From: Parcubacteria group bacterium Greene0714_7
GTDB taxonomy: Bacteria > Patescibacteriota > Minisyncoccia > Phycocordibacterales > Phycocordibacteraceae
Assembly: GCA_007378985.1 (NCBI GenBank)
Contig: VMHB01000005.1
Span: forward strand, 9,235 to 73,234
Length of the DNA stretch: 64,000 nt
Direction of reading: 5' to 3'
Under the pieces are notes generated by a model. It saw only the letters and a list, made by a program, of their open reading frames with translations, was not told the DNA's origin and ran no database searches. The position numbers and the translations under genes are program-made. Positions 37,804 through 48,270 of this stretch are shown piece by piece. Every line of letters begins with the position of its first letter. Within the stretch, counting starts at the first letter, position 1.

Positions 37804-38748
37804 TTAAGCTGTCTCAGCTTCATTCGCCTTAGCTTTGAGAGTCTCCAGCATGGCATCAATATTTCCTTCCAAAATTGATTCAATATTGTGCCATGACTCC
37901 TTAATACGGTGGTCAGAAACACGGTCCTGCGTGAAGTTATATGTGCGTATCTTTTCGGAACGACTCCCTGTGCCAATTTGAGACTTTCTATGCGCAGCAT
38001 GTTCTGCGGCAGCCTTTTCTTCTTCAAAGCTTTCGAGTTTTGCAGCAAGAATTTGCATTGCTTTATCACGGTTCGCCTTCTGACTTCTCTCTGACTGCGC
38101 TCGCACTTCAAGACCTGTAGGGATATGAACAAGACGTACCGCTGTCTCAACTTTGTTAACATTCTGCCCCCCTGCCCCACCTGAGCGAGAAAATTCCATC
38201 TGCACATCAGCTGGATTTAACTCAAATTTTGGAAATTTCCTGATAGGCAGTATTGCAACAGATGCCGTAGAAGTATGAATGCGTCCTGATTTCTCAGTAA
38301 CAGGAATACGCTGAACACGGTGCACACCGGTTTCATACTGAAGTGCACTATATACACCTCTACCTGTTACTTCTATTGATTCTAAGTTTGGATCAAGAAC
38401 TTTTACCTCCCACCCCTTCGCTTCGGCATAGCGCATATACATACGCGCTAAATCCCCCGCAAAAATATTTGCTTCATTTCCGCCTGCTCCTGCACGAAAC
38501 TCCATCACCACAGCTACTGGCTCGTCTTCAGGTCCATCGGTAACAGGCGCAAGTATTTCCTGCATTTGTTCTAAGAGAGTCTGTCGTTGAGATTCTAGTT
38601 GCACCCGCTCCTCTTCCGCAAGCTCCGCAAGTGACGGATCGCTTTCTTTCAACTCCAGAACACGCGAGAGCTCATGTGTCAGTCGATCAAACTCAGCAGC
38701 GAGATATGCAGTTTTTGGATTTGATTTAAATTCTTGAATGTCCAACAT
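37804..38748 (-). CDS. prfA: peptide chain release factor 1
   Basis: 314 aa; GGQ motif SGGAGGQNVNK; RF1-type PVT tripeptide (RVQRIPVTE). Confidence 0.9.
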   Translation of the reverse strand: MLDIQEFKSNPKTAYLAAEFDRLTHELSRVLELKESDPSLAELAEEERVQLESQRQTLLEQMQEILAPVTDGPEDEPVAVVMEFRAGAGGNEANIFAGDLARMYMRYAEAKGWEVKVLDPNLESIEVTGRGVYSALQYETGVHRVQRIPVTEKSGRIHTSTASVAILPIRKFPKFELNPADVQMEFSRSGGAGGQNVNKVETAVRLVHIPTGLEVRAQSERSQKANRDKAMQILAAKLESFEEEKAAAEHAAHRKSQIGTGSRSEKIRTYNFTQDRVSDHRIKESWHNIESILEGNIDAMLETLKAKANEAETA

Positions 38749-38821
38749 AGTAATTAGCCACTAGTGATTAGGGTATAGGGAGTGTGGGGTTTTGCCTAGT
38801 GGCTATACCCTATTGGCTAAC

Positions 38822-39079
38822 TTATTTCTTTACAGCGCGAGCAGCGGTGCGCTTTTTGAATCTATCAACACGGCCAGCACGGTCGAGAGTGCTTTGTTTC
38901 CCTGTGTAGAAAGGATGCGAATCGCTTGAAATTTCAACAGTGTAGAGAGGGTATTCTTTCCCGTCCACGACAATAGTCTGCGTGGTAGGAACAGTCGAAC
39001 CAATGATGAATTCAGCACCAGAACCAGCGTCTTTGAAGACTACGAGTCTGTAATTTTTTGGATGGATATCATCTTTCAT
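38822..39079 (-). CDS. rpmE: 50S ribosomal protein L31 (Cys-less type B)
   Basis: 85 aa; [10 protein letters not shown]...HPFYTGKQ...GRVDRFKKR. Confidence 0.85.
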   Translation of the reverse strand: MKDDIHPKNYRLVVFKDAGSGAEFIIGSTVPTTQTIVVDGKEYPLYTVEISSDSHPFYTGKQSTLDRAGRVDRFKKRTAARAVKK

Positions 39080-39158
39080 GTCGCACGATTATAACACTGC
39101 TAAATACACTCTGCAATAGAGCCAAATAATCCCTATCCTTAGGTTCCCTTCTTTAATT

Positions 39159-41525
39159 TTACTGTTCCCTAAATGCTGGCAAGATTTTTACCGTCGCCGA
39201 AACAGAGGGATGCAAACTGCCCGCAGTACATGAGAAGGTGTAGAGACTTTCTGAGGTAATAACTACGGACTTCGAACCTGCAGTGAGAGATGAGGAAAGT
39301 CCTGGACCTGAAACCGTACATGCATTCACACTACCGCCAACAAACCATGTAATGGTGACAGGGTCACCCGAGCGAACGAGCTGAGGAGTTGCAATAAGAG
39401 AGAGTGTTGGTGCAATAACAGTTACGGTTGCAGTACTGAACGCGCGGTTACCTGAGGCATCCGTGCAGGTAAGCGTATAGAGAGTCGTGTCAGTTGGAGT
39501 CACTGAAAGCGTTCCCGAAGTGCGTCCACCTGTATTGAAGTTCCCTCCCGTACATGAGACAGCATGAGCAGATGTCCACGATAAGAGTGAAGGTGCACCG
39601 TATACAACCGTTGTTGGAAACGCTGTGAGAAGAGCTGATACTCCTCCTGAGGTTGGCGCTGTTGGTGTGGTCGGTGGCGTACTTGGTGTAGGACATGATG
39701 GTCCAGTACAAGCTGGTGGAGTAACAGTTGGGCACGAAGGTCCAGTACAAGAAGGAGGAACTAAGATACACTCGATTCCAGTACAGACCAATGAACTACA
39801 GCTTGCAGTGACACTTGCAGTAGAGGAAGTTGTATTTGTAGTGGTTGTTTCAGTACCCGGATTAGTTGTAGTAGTTGGAACTGGAGTACCCCCTACGGCA
39901 AGACCTGCAAAATAATTGTAGTTAGTGCCATTTCCGCCAACAGTAAGACTGGTTGAATCTTTCTGTACGACAGAGGCACCTACATAAGAATTGTAACGAT
40001 AATAAGTATTCACTGCCTGCCCAGTTGGACTCACGACTTCACGTACCTCAACATTACAACAACCTCCTGAGGGAGTTATTTCACTACACACTTGCCCTAG
40101 AGTAGCGTCAACACCGCCCGTAAACCCAACCCCATCTTGCGTGTCGTTAGCACTGGCTATATAGGTACCCCCAGAACATTGCATGCCACCCTGAATAACG
40201 ACATGAGGCTGTCCCGAAGTAGTTGTTGTTGTAGTACCAGGGGTGGTAACAGTGCTCGTGGTATTAACTAGTGCAGTATCTGTAACTGTAACTGAAGCGG
40301 TTTTAATGCCTAGGGTTGAATAAATTTTTTCAATCAACGCACCTGTACCAGATAAACCGTCAGTGCCACTCCATTCGTAGCCATATGATCCTGAGCCTCC
40401 AGACACAACTGCAGTCCATGTAATTGCTGATCCGGGTGCAACAGTTGGGAATGACGGGGAGCACGACGCGCTTAAAACTGGTGACCCAACGTGCACAACG
40501 GCAGAAGCCGATGCGGTGAGGCCAGGGGTCACAACTGTTGATGTACCTCCTCCTGATGCACCGACACACTGATACACAGCTGTTTCAATCTGACATGAGT
40601 CATTTGCTACGTTTATTTTACAGATGTTTCCATCTCCAACTCCACCGCAGGCTTGCCCTGTTGGATTTGAGGGACACCACGCCACTCCAGAATATGCAAG
40701 GTTAAGACTAGACACCCTAGTCTGACCTGCGTTACAGAAGAAATCACTGATGTCATTATAGGAGAGTTGCCATGTGCCTGGAGTGGGAGATGTTGTTACT
40801 GATGAACTTGGACCTGAACATGTCACAGAGTAGTTGGTGGTTACACTCAAAGGACCCGTTGACACGGAGCCCATAACATTACCCCCTGTATCAAAACCAC
40901 TACCTGCACAAGAAATTGCATTGGTTGAATTCCAAGTAAGCGTTGATTGGGCGCCTATGGTCACCGTGCCTGGATTTGCATTGAGTGTTGCGGTTGGTCC
41001 TGGAGGTGGATTCACAGTTACGCTCGCATTGGAAGAAGCACTTTGAGTTCCGTCAGTACAAGTCACGGAATACACCGTTGAGTCTGCGGGGGAAACGATG
41101 AGGGATCCAGAAGTTGCACCACCTGTAGAGAAATTAGTTCCTGTACATGATGTTGCGTAGGAAGAACTCCATGAGAGTGACGAAGAGCCTCCGGTGTCAA
41201 TTGCTGAAGGCACTACGATGATGCCAGCGGTGGGTGTTGTTGGTTCTTCAATACATCCCTCATCTATGTCGCCGATAGTAGCTACTTGGTAGGTACTTTG
41301 CACCGTGTAACTGTCACCGCCGTAGAGCGCACGAAATGCCGCTTCACCTCCACTATTAGGAGGAAAGGGATTAGTTACCACAGTGTATTGATATTCCCAT
41401 GTCACACCACTACACCCACCACCTGTTGCCGGGCCAGCATATGTAGTATTCGGGATACTCGAAAACAAAAACCCAGTAAAAATAAAAACTGCAAGAAATG
41501 GAACAAGAGTTATTTTCATTCTCAT
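39159..41525 (-). CDS. secreted Cys-rich surface protein with Ig-like repeats (paralogous in style to 16250..18886)
   Basis: 788 aa; signal peptide; repeated ...LSWSS/LTWNSTNAISCAG... modules; Pro/Thr linkers. Confidence 0.5.
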   Translation of the reverse strand: MRMKITLVPFLAVFIFTGFLFSSIPNTTYAGPATGGGCSGVTWEYQYTVVTNPFPPNSGGEAAFRALYGGDSYTVQSTYQVATIGDIDEGCIEEPTTPTAGIIVVPSAIDTGGSSSLSWSSSYATSCTGTNFSTGGATSGSLIVSPADSTVYSVTCTDGTQSASSNASVTVNPPPGPTATLNANPGTVTIGAQSTLTWNSTNAISCAGSGFDTGGNVMGSVSTGPLSVTTNYSVTCSGPSSSVTTSPTPGTWQLSYNDISDFFCNAGQTRVSSLNLAYSGVAWCPSNPTGQACGGVGDGNICKINVANDSCQIETAVYQCVGASGGGTSTVVTPGLTASASAVVHVGSPVLSASCSPSFPTVAPGSAITWTAVVSGGSGSYGYEWSGTDGLSGTGALIEKIYSTLGIKTASVTVTDTALVNTTSTVTTPGTTTTTTSGQPHVVIQGGMQCSGGTYIASANDTQDGVGFTGGVDATLGQVCSEITPSGGCCNVEVREVVSPTGQAVNTYYRYNSYVGASVVQKDSTSLTVGGNGTNYNYFAGLAVGGTPVPTTTTNPGTETTTTNTTSSTASVTASCSSLVCTGIECILVPPSCTGPSCPTVTPPACTGPSCPTPSTPPTTPTAPTSGGVSALLTAFPTTVVYGAPSLLSWTSAHAVSCTGGNFNTGGRTSGTLSVTPTDTTLYTLTCTDASGNRAFSTATVTVIAPTLSLIATPQLVRSGDPVTITWFVGGSVNACTVSGPGLSSSLTAGSKSVVITSESLYTFSCTAGSLHPSVSATVKILPAFREQ

Positions 41526-41532
41526 ATCAGAA

Positions 41533-42435
41533 TTAAGGAATAATTCGATAATGTGAAGTCACTGGAAGATCAAATGCCTTTACACCAGCTGGTGGCATAG
41601 AGGCCTTGAAGCGCCATATATGTGCAGTGCCGTTTGTTTGACGTTCAACAGCGTAAAACGAATCGCCATTAAAAGCACCGTGTACGAGTGTCTGCGGTAT
41701 GTTTCCTAATGGGTTAAGACCCATAGGAGCTTCAATATGTGTGACAGAGAAAAGCTCATAATTCTTCGTGAGCCCATTTGGAATTGCTAGATATTTTCCA
41801 TCGCGACTAATATGAGCAGCGTAATCAATGAGACCAGGGTTCAAGAAGAATGTAGTTTGAGAAGTTTTTGTAGAAACATCCGCTACAGTAATTCCAGTAG
41901 GGCCAGTGAAGAGAAGCATGAGTTTTCCATTACTTTCAAAAAACTCTGGACCAAAACCAGTGCCCATAAGTGTTACCTCACCAGTTTTCACATCGAGAAC
42001 TTTAATAGTCCATGCAGAAAGTTGTGCAGTGAAATAGGTATCAGCAGGAGCGTTGGTGAGCGCAGCATATGCAACCATGGTGCCATCAGGAGAAACTGAT
42101 ACTGATGCCTTCCCTCCTCCATCTGCGCTAAGCGCTTGTGTTTTTGGCGAAAGCATCATGACATCCACTGCGTTCGTTTCAGCATTTCGCACCAAAGCAA
42201 CTGCCGTACCCCGCGCCGATGCATAGTCAGCAAGAGTGCCGTTTACTGCTACTTTCTTTTCATGGAAACCAGTAATGCCGAATGAAAATACCTTACCTGA
42301 AAGATATTGCCCTTCAAAAACTTTAAGACCTATGAGTCGAATAGGTACCGCACGAACATACAAAATGCCGAGAATAATAATGATGACTAACGCTATTGAG
42401 ACGAGAGCATAAACCCTCTTTGGAGAAGTGATCAT
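41533..42435 (-). CDS. membrane-anchored hypothetical protein, possibly beta-propeller-like
   Basis: Likely start MITSPKRVYALVSIAL (TM); ORF-track start at 42558 probably over-extended. Confidence 0.4.
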   Translation of the reverse strand: MITSPKRVYALVSIALVIIIILGILYVRAVPIRLIGLKVFEGQYLSGKVFSFGITGFHEKKVAVNGTLADYASARGTAVALVRNAETNAVDVMMLSPKTQALSADGGGKASVSVSPDGTMVAYAALTNAPADTYFTAQLSAWTIKVLDVKTGEVTLMGTGFGPEFFESNGKLMLLFTGPTGITVADVSTKTSQTTFFLNPGLIDYAAHISRDGKYLAIPNGLTKNYELFSVTHIEAPMGLNPLGNIPQTLVHGAFNGDSFYAVERQTNGTAHIWRFKASMPPAGVKAFDLPVTSHYRIIP

Positions 42436-42514
42436 ACTGGAATAGTATCGTGAAATAAAAGAGGCGCTATCAAGCCTTGTGGACATTGCAATAGGGCTTC
42501 TGCAATTAAAATAG

Positions 42515-42675
42515 CTCGAGCATGTTTTGAAACCTCCCCCTACCTGGGAGCCGTTCATTTTCTATTCAACATTTCGTCTCGTACTCAATGTACCTACCAT
42601 TTCGGACTCCGACTCATGTCTCATCACGAAAATGAACGGCTCCGGTTCGGGTACCACGAGTTTCAAAACATGCTC
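42515..42675 (+). repeat. ~160-bp element bounded by ~48-nt imperfect inverted repeats (GAGCATGTTTTGAAAC...GAGCCGTTCATTTTC / GAAAATGAACGGCTCC...GTTTCAAAACATGCTC), MITE-like or large structured RNA
   Basis: Arms found by reverse-complementing; outer 16 nt and inner 15 nt match exactly, middle differs; abuts the stop of the 42675..44021 gene. Confidence 0.45.
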
Positions 42676-44021
42676 TATAACCCCTTCAAGAAGTCGATAT
42701 TGTTTTGAAAATCCGTAGCTTTTGCTATGACTGAATTACCATAGAAACTATTTGCGGGTTTTTTAGAATCACATGAACGACCAGAATAGTATCTACATGC
42801 AGCGTTTCGCTCAGCCGAATAGGTACCTGCATCAGCCCCTAAATCAGACATATAGAGAGCCGTTGCCATGATTGCATCTTTAGCTTCCCAAGGATTAGGT
42901 TTCGATACACCAAGAGCTTTGGCAAGTCGCGCTTGATACAATACCCAAGTAGAAGGGATAAACTGCGAGGGTCCCATCGCTCCACCATATCCTCCAGTTG
43001 AAGGACACGACACTGGGGTCGTCGCCCACGGTAATCCAAGCGCACTAGTAATTTTAAGAAATGGATCAGTATCACGAGGTGACTTCATTACGCCAGCAAA
43101 AAACTTTCCAGTATTTTTACCAACACCGTCACCTGTTTGTAGACTAGAAATAAAACACGACCCAACATTCTTTCCTAAATCAGACTCTTGTGAGAGGATC
43201 GCTAAAATAAATGCTGCGCGCACACCAGTTTTTTGTGAAGCATACGATGCATAATCAAGCGCGGTACCGAAAGGAATTCCGCCACTATCACGAAGAGGAA
43301 ACAGGGCAGCACGAATTTTTGCCGCCTGCTGTTGTCGTTCAGCTAAAACCTTTTGATACGAGGCCTCTTGATTTTTTGTGATAGCAAGCAAGCTCTTTTT
43401 TTCAGCTTCACTTTGAGCAACAACTTTCTTTTTCGTTTCTACAACATAGCGAGCATCAAGCTCCTGAGTCTGTTGCTTTGCTAGAGTTTTTTTCTCAATT
43501 TCAGCCTGAGTTTTTGCGCCACGAATTGAAGTGAAGAGTTCATCGAGTTTCTGCTCCACCGTAAGTAGTGCATCAAAATCTGCAAAAAATTCCGATACAC
43601 TCTTTGAAGACAAGATAATTTCTGGCAAGGTTGAACTCTCTACTTCCCGTACCGTCTGCAACATTGAAGCTAAGGACTCCTGCCCCCGAACTATTCGCTG
43701 GTCTAGGTTTTTTATTTTTGCACTTCGGGCATTGATTTCCGCATTGAGATTAGAGATAGTGATACTGCGTTGCTTAATCTCCGCCTCTGCCTTTTTTATT
43801 TGGGCGTTCAACATCGTCACGTCACCCTGCAGACTATTTTTTTTAAGTTGAGTGTCATCAAGAATGCTCTGCCACTGCGCAATCTCTTTTTGAATTTCCT
43901 GATACTGCGCCTCCAAGCGAGCACGCTCTTCAGGCGAAAAGAATTCCGCGCGTGCATGGATAGGAAAAGTTGCCCCCACAAGTATGAGAAGAGACGCAAT
44001 TAAAAAAAGACGGACTTTCAT
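42675..44021 (-). CDS. secreted protein with long N-terminal coiled-coil and C-terminal lytic-transglycosylase-like peptidoglycan hydrolase domain
   Basis: 448 aa; signal peptide; heptad-rich 30-230; C-term ILSQESDLG...AMGPSQFIPSTW resembling SLT motifs ES...GLMQ. Confidence 0.5.
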   Translation of the reverse strand: MKVRLFLIASLLILVGATFPIHARAEFFSPEERARLEAQYQEIQKEIAQWQSILDDTQLKKNSLQGDVTMLNAQIKKAEAEIKQRSITISNLNAEINARSAKIKNLDQRIVRGQESLASMLQTVREVESSTLPEIILSSKSVSEFFADFDALLTVEQKLDELFTSIRGAKTQAEIEKKTLAKQQTQELDARYVVETKKKVVAQSEAEKKSLLAITKNQEASYQKVLAERQQQAAKIRAALFPLRDSGGIPFGTALDYASYASQKTGVRAAFILAILSQESDLGKNVGSCFISSLQTGDGVGKNTGKFFAGVMKSPRDTDPFLKITSALGLPWATTPVSCPSTGGYGGAMGPSQFIPSTWVLYQARLAKALGVSKPNPWEAKDAIMATALYMSDLGADAGTYSAERNAACRYYSGRSCDSKKPANSFYGNSVIAKATDFQNNIDFLKGL

Positions 44022-44039
44022 CCGTCTTAGTATAGCAAA

Positions 44040-44075
44040 AAGTAGGTGCCAGGTTTCAGGTGTCAGCTTTCTGGT
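44040..44075 (+). repeat. 7-bp periodic array of CAGGT/CAGCT units
   Basis: aggtgccaggtttcaggtgtcagctttctggttg; relatives at 8238..8275 and 6150..6190. Confidence 0.5.
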
Positions 44076-44115
44076 TGTAATTCAAGAAAACAATTCCACA
44101 AACGACGCTAAATAT

Positions 44116-44763
44116 TTATGCTTCTTCTGATGGCAGAGCTTCTTCTTCCTTCTTACCGCGATCTTCAGAAATGCCGATAGCAGACATATCAGGTCCTGTA
44201 ACCGGCTCCTCAACTTCTTCGTTTGCTGTCGCAATGAGTACCACAACCGCTTCTGCGTCAGTTACCAGCGTAACGCCAGATGGAAGTGTAATGTCACCTG
44301 CGAGAATTTGTGAATCAATAGCATTAAGCACTGACACATCAACAGTAATAGAGTGCGGAAGATTTGTTGCCTCAGCCTCAATTTCAATTTCGTGAAGTGC
44401 CTTAACTAAGTTGCCGTTGAGCTCTTTAACTGCAGGAGCAACACCAACGAATTCAATAGGTACTGAAATTTCAACCTTTTGACCTTTCTGAACTGCATAA
44501 AAATCAGCGTGACGAGGTATGTCAGTCACGGGATCCCTATCAACTTCATGAATGAGAACATTGTACTCTTTTCCGTCAACTGAGAGCTGAATCACCGTAG
44601 ATTCCCCTGCCTTTTCAAGTGTTTTTGTGAATTCGCGAAGAGGCATTTCAATAGCTGTTGCCTCTTGTTTTGGGCCATACACAATAGCTGGCATTGATCC
44701 TTCCTTGCGAAGCTGTTGTACTCCCTTACCAGAAACTGTTCGTTTTGTAGCTTTTAATTCCAT
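44116..44763 (-). CDS. rplY: 50S ribosomal protein L25/general stress protein Ctc
   Basis: 215 aa; MELKATKRTVSGKGVQQLRKEGSMPAIVYG. Confidence 0.85.
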   Translation of the reverse strand: MELKATKRTVSGKGVQQLRKEGSMPAIVYGPKQEATAIEMPLREFTKTLEKAGESTVIQLSVDGKEYNVLIHEVDRDPVTDIPRHADFYAVQKGQKVEISVPIEFVGVAPAVKELNGNLVKALHEIEIEAEATNLPHSITVDVSVLNAIDSQILAGDITLPSGVTLVTDAEAVVVLIATANEEVEEPVTGPDMSAIGISEDRGKKEEEALPSEEA

Positions 44764-44835
44764 GTCGAGAGAGTATATCCGAAAACTCCTAAAAAATCAA
44801 AGCTCTCTAGGCGGGTAGGCCTTACTACGCACTCC

Positions 44836-46512
44836 TTATATGGGTAAATCGAGGCGACTGGCAGACTCGGCAAATGAGGTACCCACTTTCTTACCTGGGT
44901 TGAATATATTCTCTGGATCAAAGATTCTCTTTACATCCTCAAAAAGCTTCTGCATTTCAGTGCCAAACATTTGCTCCACATATGGGGTGCGCACTAAGCC
45001 ATCATTGTGTTCGCCTGAAATAGAGCCTTTGTAAGAGAGTACGAGGTCATACACTTTATGTGAAAGCTCATCAATTATTTTTTTAGCATCAGGACGCTGC
45101 GGATCAATGAGTGGAATGATATGAAAATTACCATCACCTACATGACCTGCAACGGTGTACGTTAAATCATATTCAGAAAGTATGACGGCGAGTTTTGGTA
45201 AAAAATCAACAAGAGAGAGCGGTGGTACCACAAAATCGTCAATGAAAGGTGCTGCACGCATTCCCCGTACTTTTTGTCTTAATAGGTTAAAGCTCTCGCG
45301 CCGTATAACCCAATACTTTCTTGCAGCACGTTCGTTTTTAGCGATGCGAATTCCATCATGAAGATTGAGTGTCCTTACTTCCGCAACAAGATTTTTTGCT
45401 TTCTGAAGTGCTTCTTCTTGAGTGTCCCCTCGAAACTCAACCATTAATACCAACTTGGGAATACCACCAGTCACTAACATCCACAATTCTGGTAAAAACG
45501 AAAGAGCAAGAGAAACAATTCCCGCCTTCATTTGTGTTGCGAATTCGGGGAAATATTTTACCGCTAAAGAAAAAGTGTGTTCATCGTAGGATTCAAAGCT
45601 GTCAGGTTTGTGTGCAAGAATTTTTGGGACAAGCACACTCAAGTCATGAATATCTTTAAGAAAAAATACTGCCATTGAAGAATAGGCCTGCGGGCGCACT
45701 AACTTGAAACGAATTTTAGTAATGATTCCTAAAGTTCCTTGAGAGCCGACCATAAGCCTTGCAAGATTGAGCGAGCGCACGCCATCACCGATGTCCCATA
45801 GTGCATAGCCTGAAGAATTTTTCTCGACATGAGGCCTCCCTTTCTCGATTACTGAACGGTTTTCTTTGAGGAGTTTTGCAACGGATCGATACAACTCACC
45901 CTCAAAAGATTGCTCTACTAATTTTTCTTTGAGTGTGTCCCCTTCTAGTTTTTTCAATGTATGCACCTGCCCATCAGCAAGTACAACTTCAAGCTCTTCT
46001 ACATAGCGTGCAGTTTTTCCATATTTTAAATTTTTCTCTCCACCTGAATCATTTGCGACCATACCGCCAACAGCACATATTTCACGGCTTGCGGTGTAAC
46101 TCGGCAATTCAACATTCTTTTTCTTTGTTTCCTTATCAAAATCACGGAAATACATTCCCGGTTCCACTACCGCATAGCCACCTCCCTGCCCTGCAAGGAG
46201 TGGCGAGCTTTCAAGCTCAAGAAGCTTATTAAGGTGCGCAGTCATATCAAGAATAATCGAGGTATTCAAAGGCCCTCCCGACATATCTGTTCCCGCGGAG
46301 CGGGCGGTAATCGAAACATTTTCGCCATTCTTTTTCCTTTCAGTTGCAAATTGCACAATGCCCGCGATGTCTTCTGCACTTTGTGGTCGTACTATTACTT
46401 TTGGAAGTACGCGAAAAAGACTCGCGTCACGACTAAATTTTTCAAGGGTCTGAGAAGAATCATCCACCTCACCCCTCACACTATTCTTTAAATCCTCTAT
46501 CAAGTTACCCAT
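44836..46512 (-). CDS. FAD-linked oxidase (GlcD/D-lactate dehydrogenase family)
   Basis: FAD-binding PCMH domain then C-terminal oxidase domain; probable start MGNLIED at 46512, whose ATG overlaps the divergent kinase ATG (CATG). Confidence 0.7.
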   Translation of the reverse strand: MGNLIEDLKNSVRGEVDDSSQTLEKFSRDASLFRVLPKVIVRPQSAEDIAGIVQFATERKKNGENVSITARSAGTDMSGGPLNTSIILDMTAHLNKLLELESSPLLAGQGGGYAVVEPGMYFRDFDKETKKKNVELPSYTASREICAVGGMVANDSGGEKNLKYGKTARYVEELEVVLADGQVHTLKKLEGDTLKEKLVEQSFEGELYRSVAKLLKENRSVIEKGRPHVEKNSSGYALWDIGDGVRSLNLARLMVGSQGTLGIITKIRFKLVRPQAYSSMAVFFLKDIHDLSVLVPKILAHKPDSFESYDEHTFSLAVKYFPEFATQMKAGIVSLALSFLPELWMLVTGGIPKLVLMVEFRGDTQEEALQKAKNLVAEVRTLNLHDGIRIAKNERAARKYWVIRRESFNLLRQKVRGMRAAPFIDDFVVPPLSLVDFLPKLAVILSEYDLTYTVAGHVGDGNFHIIPLIDPQRPDAKKIIDELSHKVYDLVLSYKGSISGEHNDGLVRTPYVEQMFGTEMQKLFEDVKRIFDPENIFNPGKKVGTSFAESASRLDLPI

Positions 46513-47545
46513 GCGTATCTTGAATAATACACTACACACCTACGTCCGAGAGAAAGACGGAGATGGTACAATTGCGCCAATGAAGAGTGATTTTATAGCA
46601 ATTGGCGACACGGTAGTCGATGAATTCATTGAGCTTGAAGAAGCAAATGTACATTGTGATGTTAATAGCGAGCAGTGCACCATTTCAATGCGTTGGGGCG
46701 ACAAGATACCTTTTAAATCGGCTACGCTTGTTGCTGGCGTTGGAAATTCAGCCAACGCAGCGGTAGCAGCATCACGACTTGGATTAAAAGTGGCACTCGT
46801 TACACACACAGGTAAAGACAGCTATGGAGATGAAATTATTCGCACATTCAAAAAAGAGAGATTAAATACTTCATATATAGCGCGCCAAAGCGGGGTACCC
46901 ACAAATCATCACTACGTACTTTCCTATCAGTCAGAGCGCACCATTCTCGTGAAGCACGAGGCATACGCATACCGCTTCCCTAAAAATCTACCTGAACCTA
47001 AGACTATATACCTGTCCTCTTTGGCTTCGACCGCTGAAAGTTATCACGATGAAATTGCTAGCTATCTTGAAATACATCCGAATATCTTTTTTGCTTTCCA
47101 ACCAGGAACATTCCAAATGAAGTTAGGGGCAGAGCGACTCATGCGACTCTACCACCGTGCAAACATTCTTTTTGTAAATAAAGAGGAAGCGGGGCGCATC
47201 CTCAAAACACCTGAACTGAAAGATATACGGACACTCGCGGAAGGATTACGAAGTTTGGGTCCTAAAATAGTTGTGATTACTGATGGTCGCGCTGGAGCAT
47301 ATGCGTTAGATAAAGATGAGTTAATTCATCTCAACATGTACCCCGACCTCGCTCCTCCAATAAATCGCACAGGCGCAGGAGACGCATTTGCTTCAACTAC
47401 CGTAACCTACCTTACGCTTGGCATGTCACTCAAGGATGCAATGTTCCGAGGCACTATTAATTCCGCCCATGTAGTGCAGAAAATCGGTGCACAAAAAGGA
47501 CTCCTCACCAAAGAAGCGCTTGAAGAACTTGCAACAAAAAAATGA
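46511..47545 (+). CDS. PfkB-family carbohydrate kinase
   Basis: 344 aa; GAGDAFASTTVTYL anion-hole motif; overlaps tal start by 4 nt. Confidence 0.8.
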   Translation: MRILNNTLHTYVREKDGDGTIAPMKSDFIAIGDTVVDEFIELEEANVHCDVNSEQCTISMRWGDKIPFKSATLVAGVGNSANAAVAASRLGLKVALVTHTGKDSYGDEIIRTFKKERLNTSYIARQSGVPTNHHYVLSYQSERTILVKHEAYAYRFPKNLPEPKTIYLSSLASTAESYHDEIASYLEIHPNIFFAFQPGTFQMKLGAERLMRLYHRANILFVNKEEAGRILKTPELKDIRTLAEGLRSLGPKIVVITDGRAGAYALDKDELIHLNMYPDLAPPINRTGAGDAFASTTVTYLTLGMSLKDAMFRGTINSAHVVQKIGAQKGLLTKEALEELATKK

Positions 47546-48264
47546 CACCAAAAAAAATAGAGGAACTGCGAATAAAACTCTACGCCGATGGCTCTGAAGA
47601 GAAAGAGATGCTCGCACTCGCCGAGAAAGCCTACATCAAAGGCTTCACTACGAATCCTACCTTGATGCACAAAGCGGGTGTTACTGACTACACAGCATTT
47701 GCAAAAAAAATACTAACCGCTATTCCCAATAAACCAATATCGTTCGAAGTTTTTTCAGATGATTTTCCAGAGATGGAACGCCAAGCTCGCCTCATTGCTT
47801 CATGGGGCGAAAATGTATACGCAAAGATTCCTATCATGAATACAAAAGGAGAATCATCAGCCCCTTTAGTAGAAAAACTATCGAACGATAGCATCAAGCT
47901 CAATGTCACGATGATTCTGACCTCCGAGCAGGTACAAATCGCAACAGAGGCTCTGAGTACTTCAACTCCATCAATCATTTCAGTCTTCGCAGGACGAATT
48001 GCGGATGTTGGTATTGACCCAATTCCTGTGATGCGAGACTCAAAAGCAATTACCTCCACAAAATCCTCCATTGAACTTTTGTGGGCTTCTACTCGTGAGC
48101 TTTTTAATATCTATGAAGCAGAAAGAATCGGTGCAGAAATCATTACCGTTCCCCCATCGATTCTGAAAAAACTAGGAGACATCGGCAAAACTCCGGAGGT
48201 ACTCACCCTCGAAGGTGTGAAAGTCTTCTATGAAGACGGCAAAGAGGCTGGCTTCACCCTCTAA
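47542..48264 (+). CDS. tal: transaldolase / fructose-6-phosphate aldolase (short type)
   Basis: 240 aa; GFTTNPTL motif. Confidence 0.85.
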   Translation: MTPKKIEELRIKLYADGSEEKEMLALAEKAYIKGFTTNPTLMHKAGVTDYTAFAKKILTAIPNKPISFEVFSDDFPEMERQARLIASWGENVYAKIPIMNTKGESSAPLVEKLSNDSIKLNVTMILTSEQVQIATEALSTSTPSIISVFAGRIADVGIDPIPVMRDSKAITSTKSSIELLWASTRELFNIYEAERIGAEIITVPPSILKKLGDIGKTPEVLTLEGVKVFYEDGKEAGFTL

Positions 48265-48270
48265 CACATT

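Noticed and set aside
39490-41046. Antisense and alternative-frame ORFs inside the large repeat-protein genes (e.g. 39625..39915, 17347..17697, 58431..58838)
   Set aside because: They are low-complexity translations of repeat DNA on the opposite strand or frame of well-supported long ORFs.
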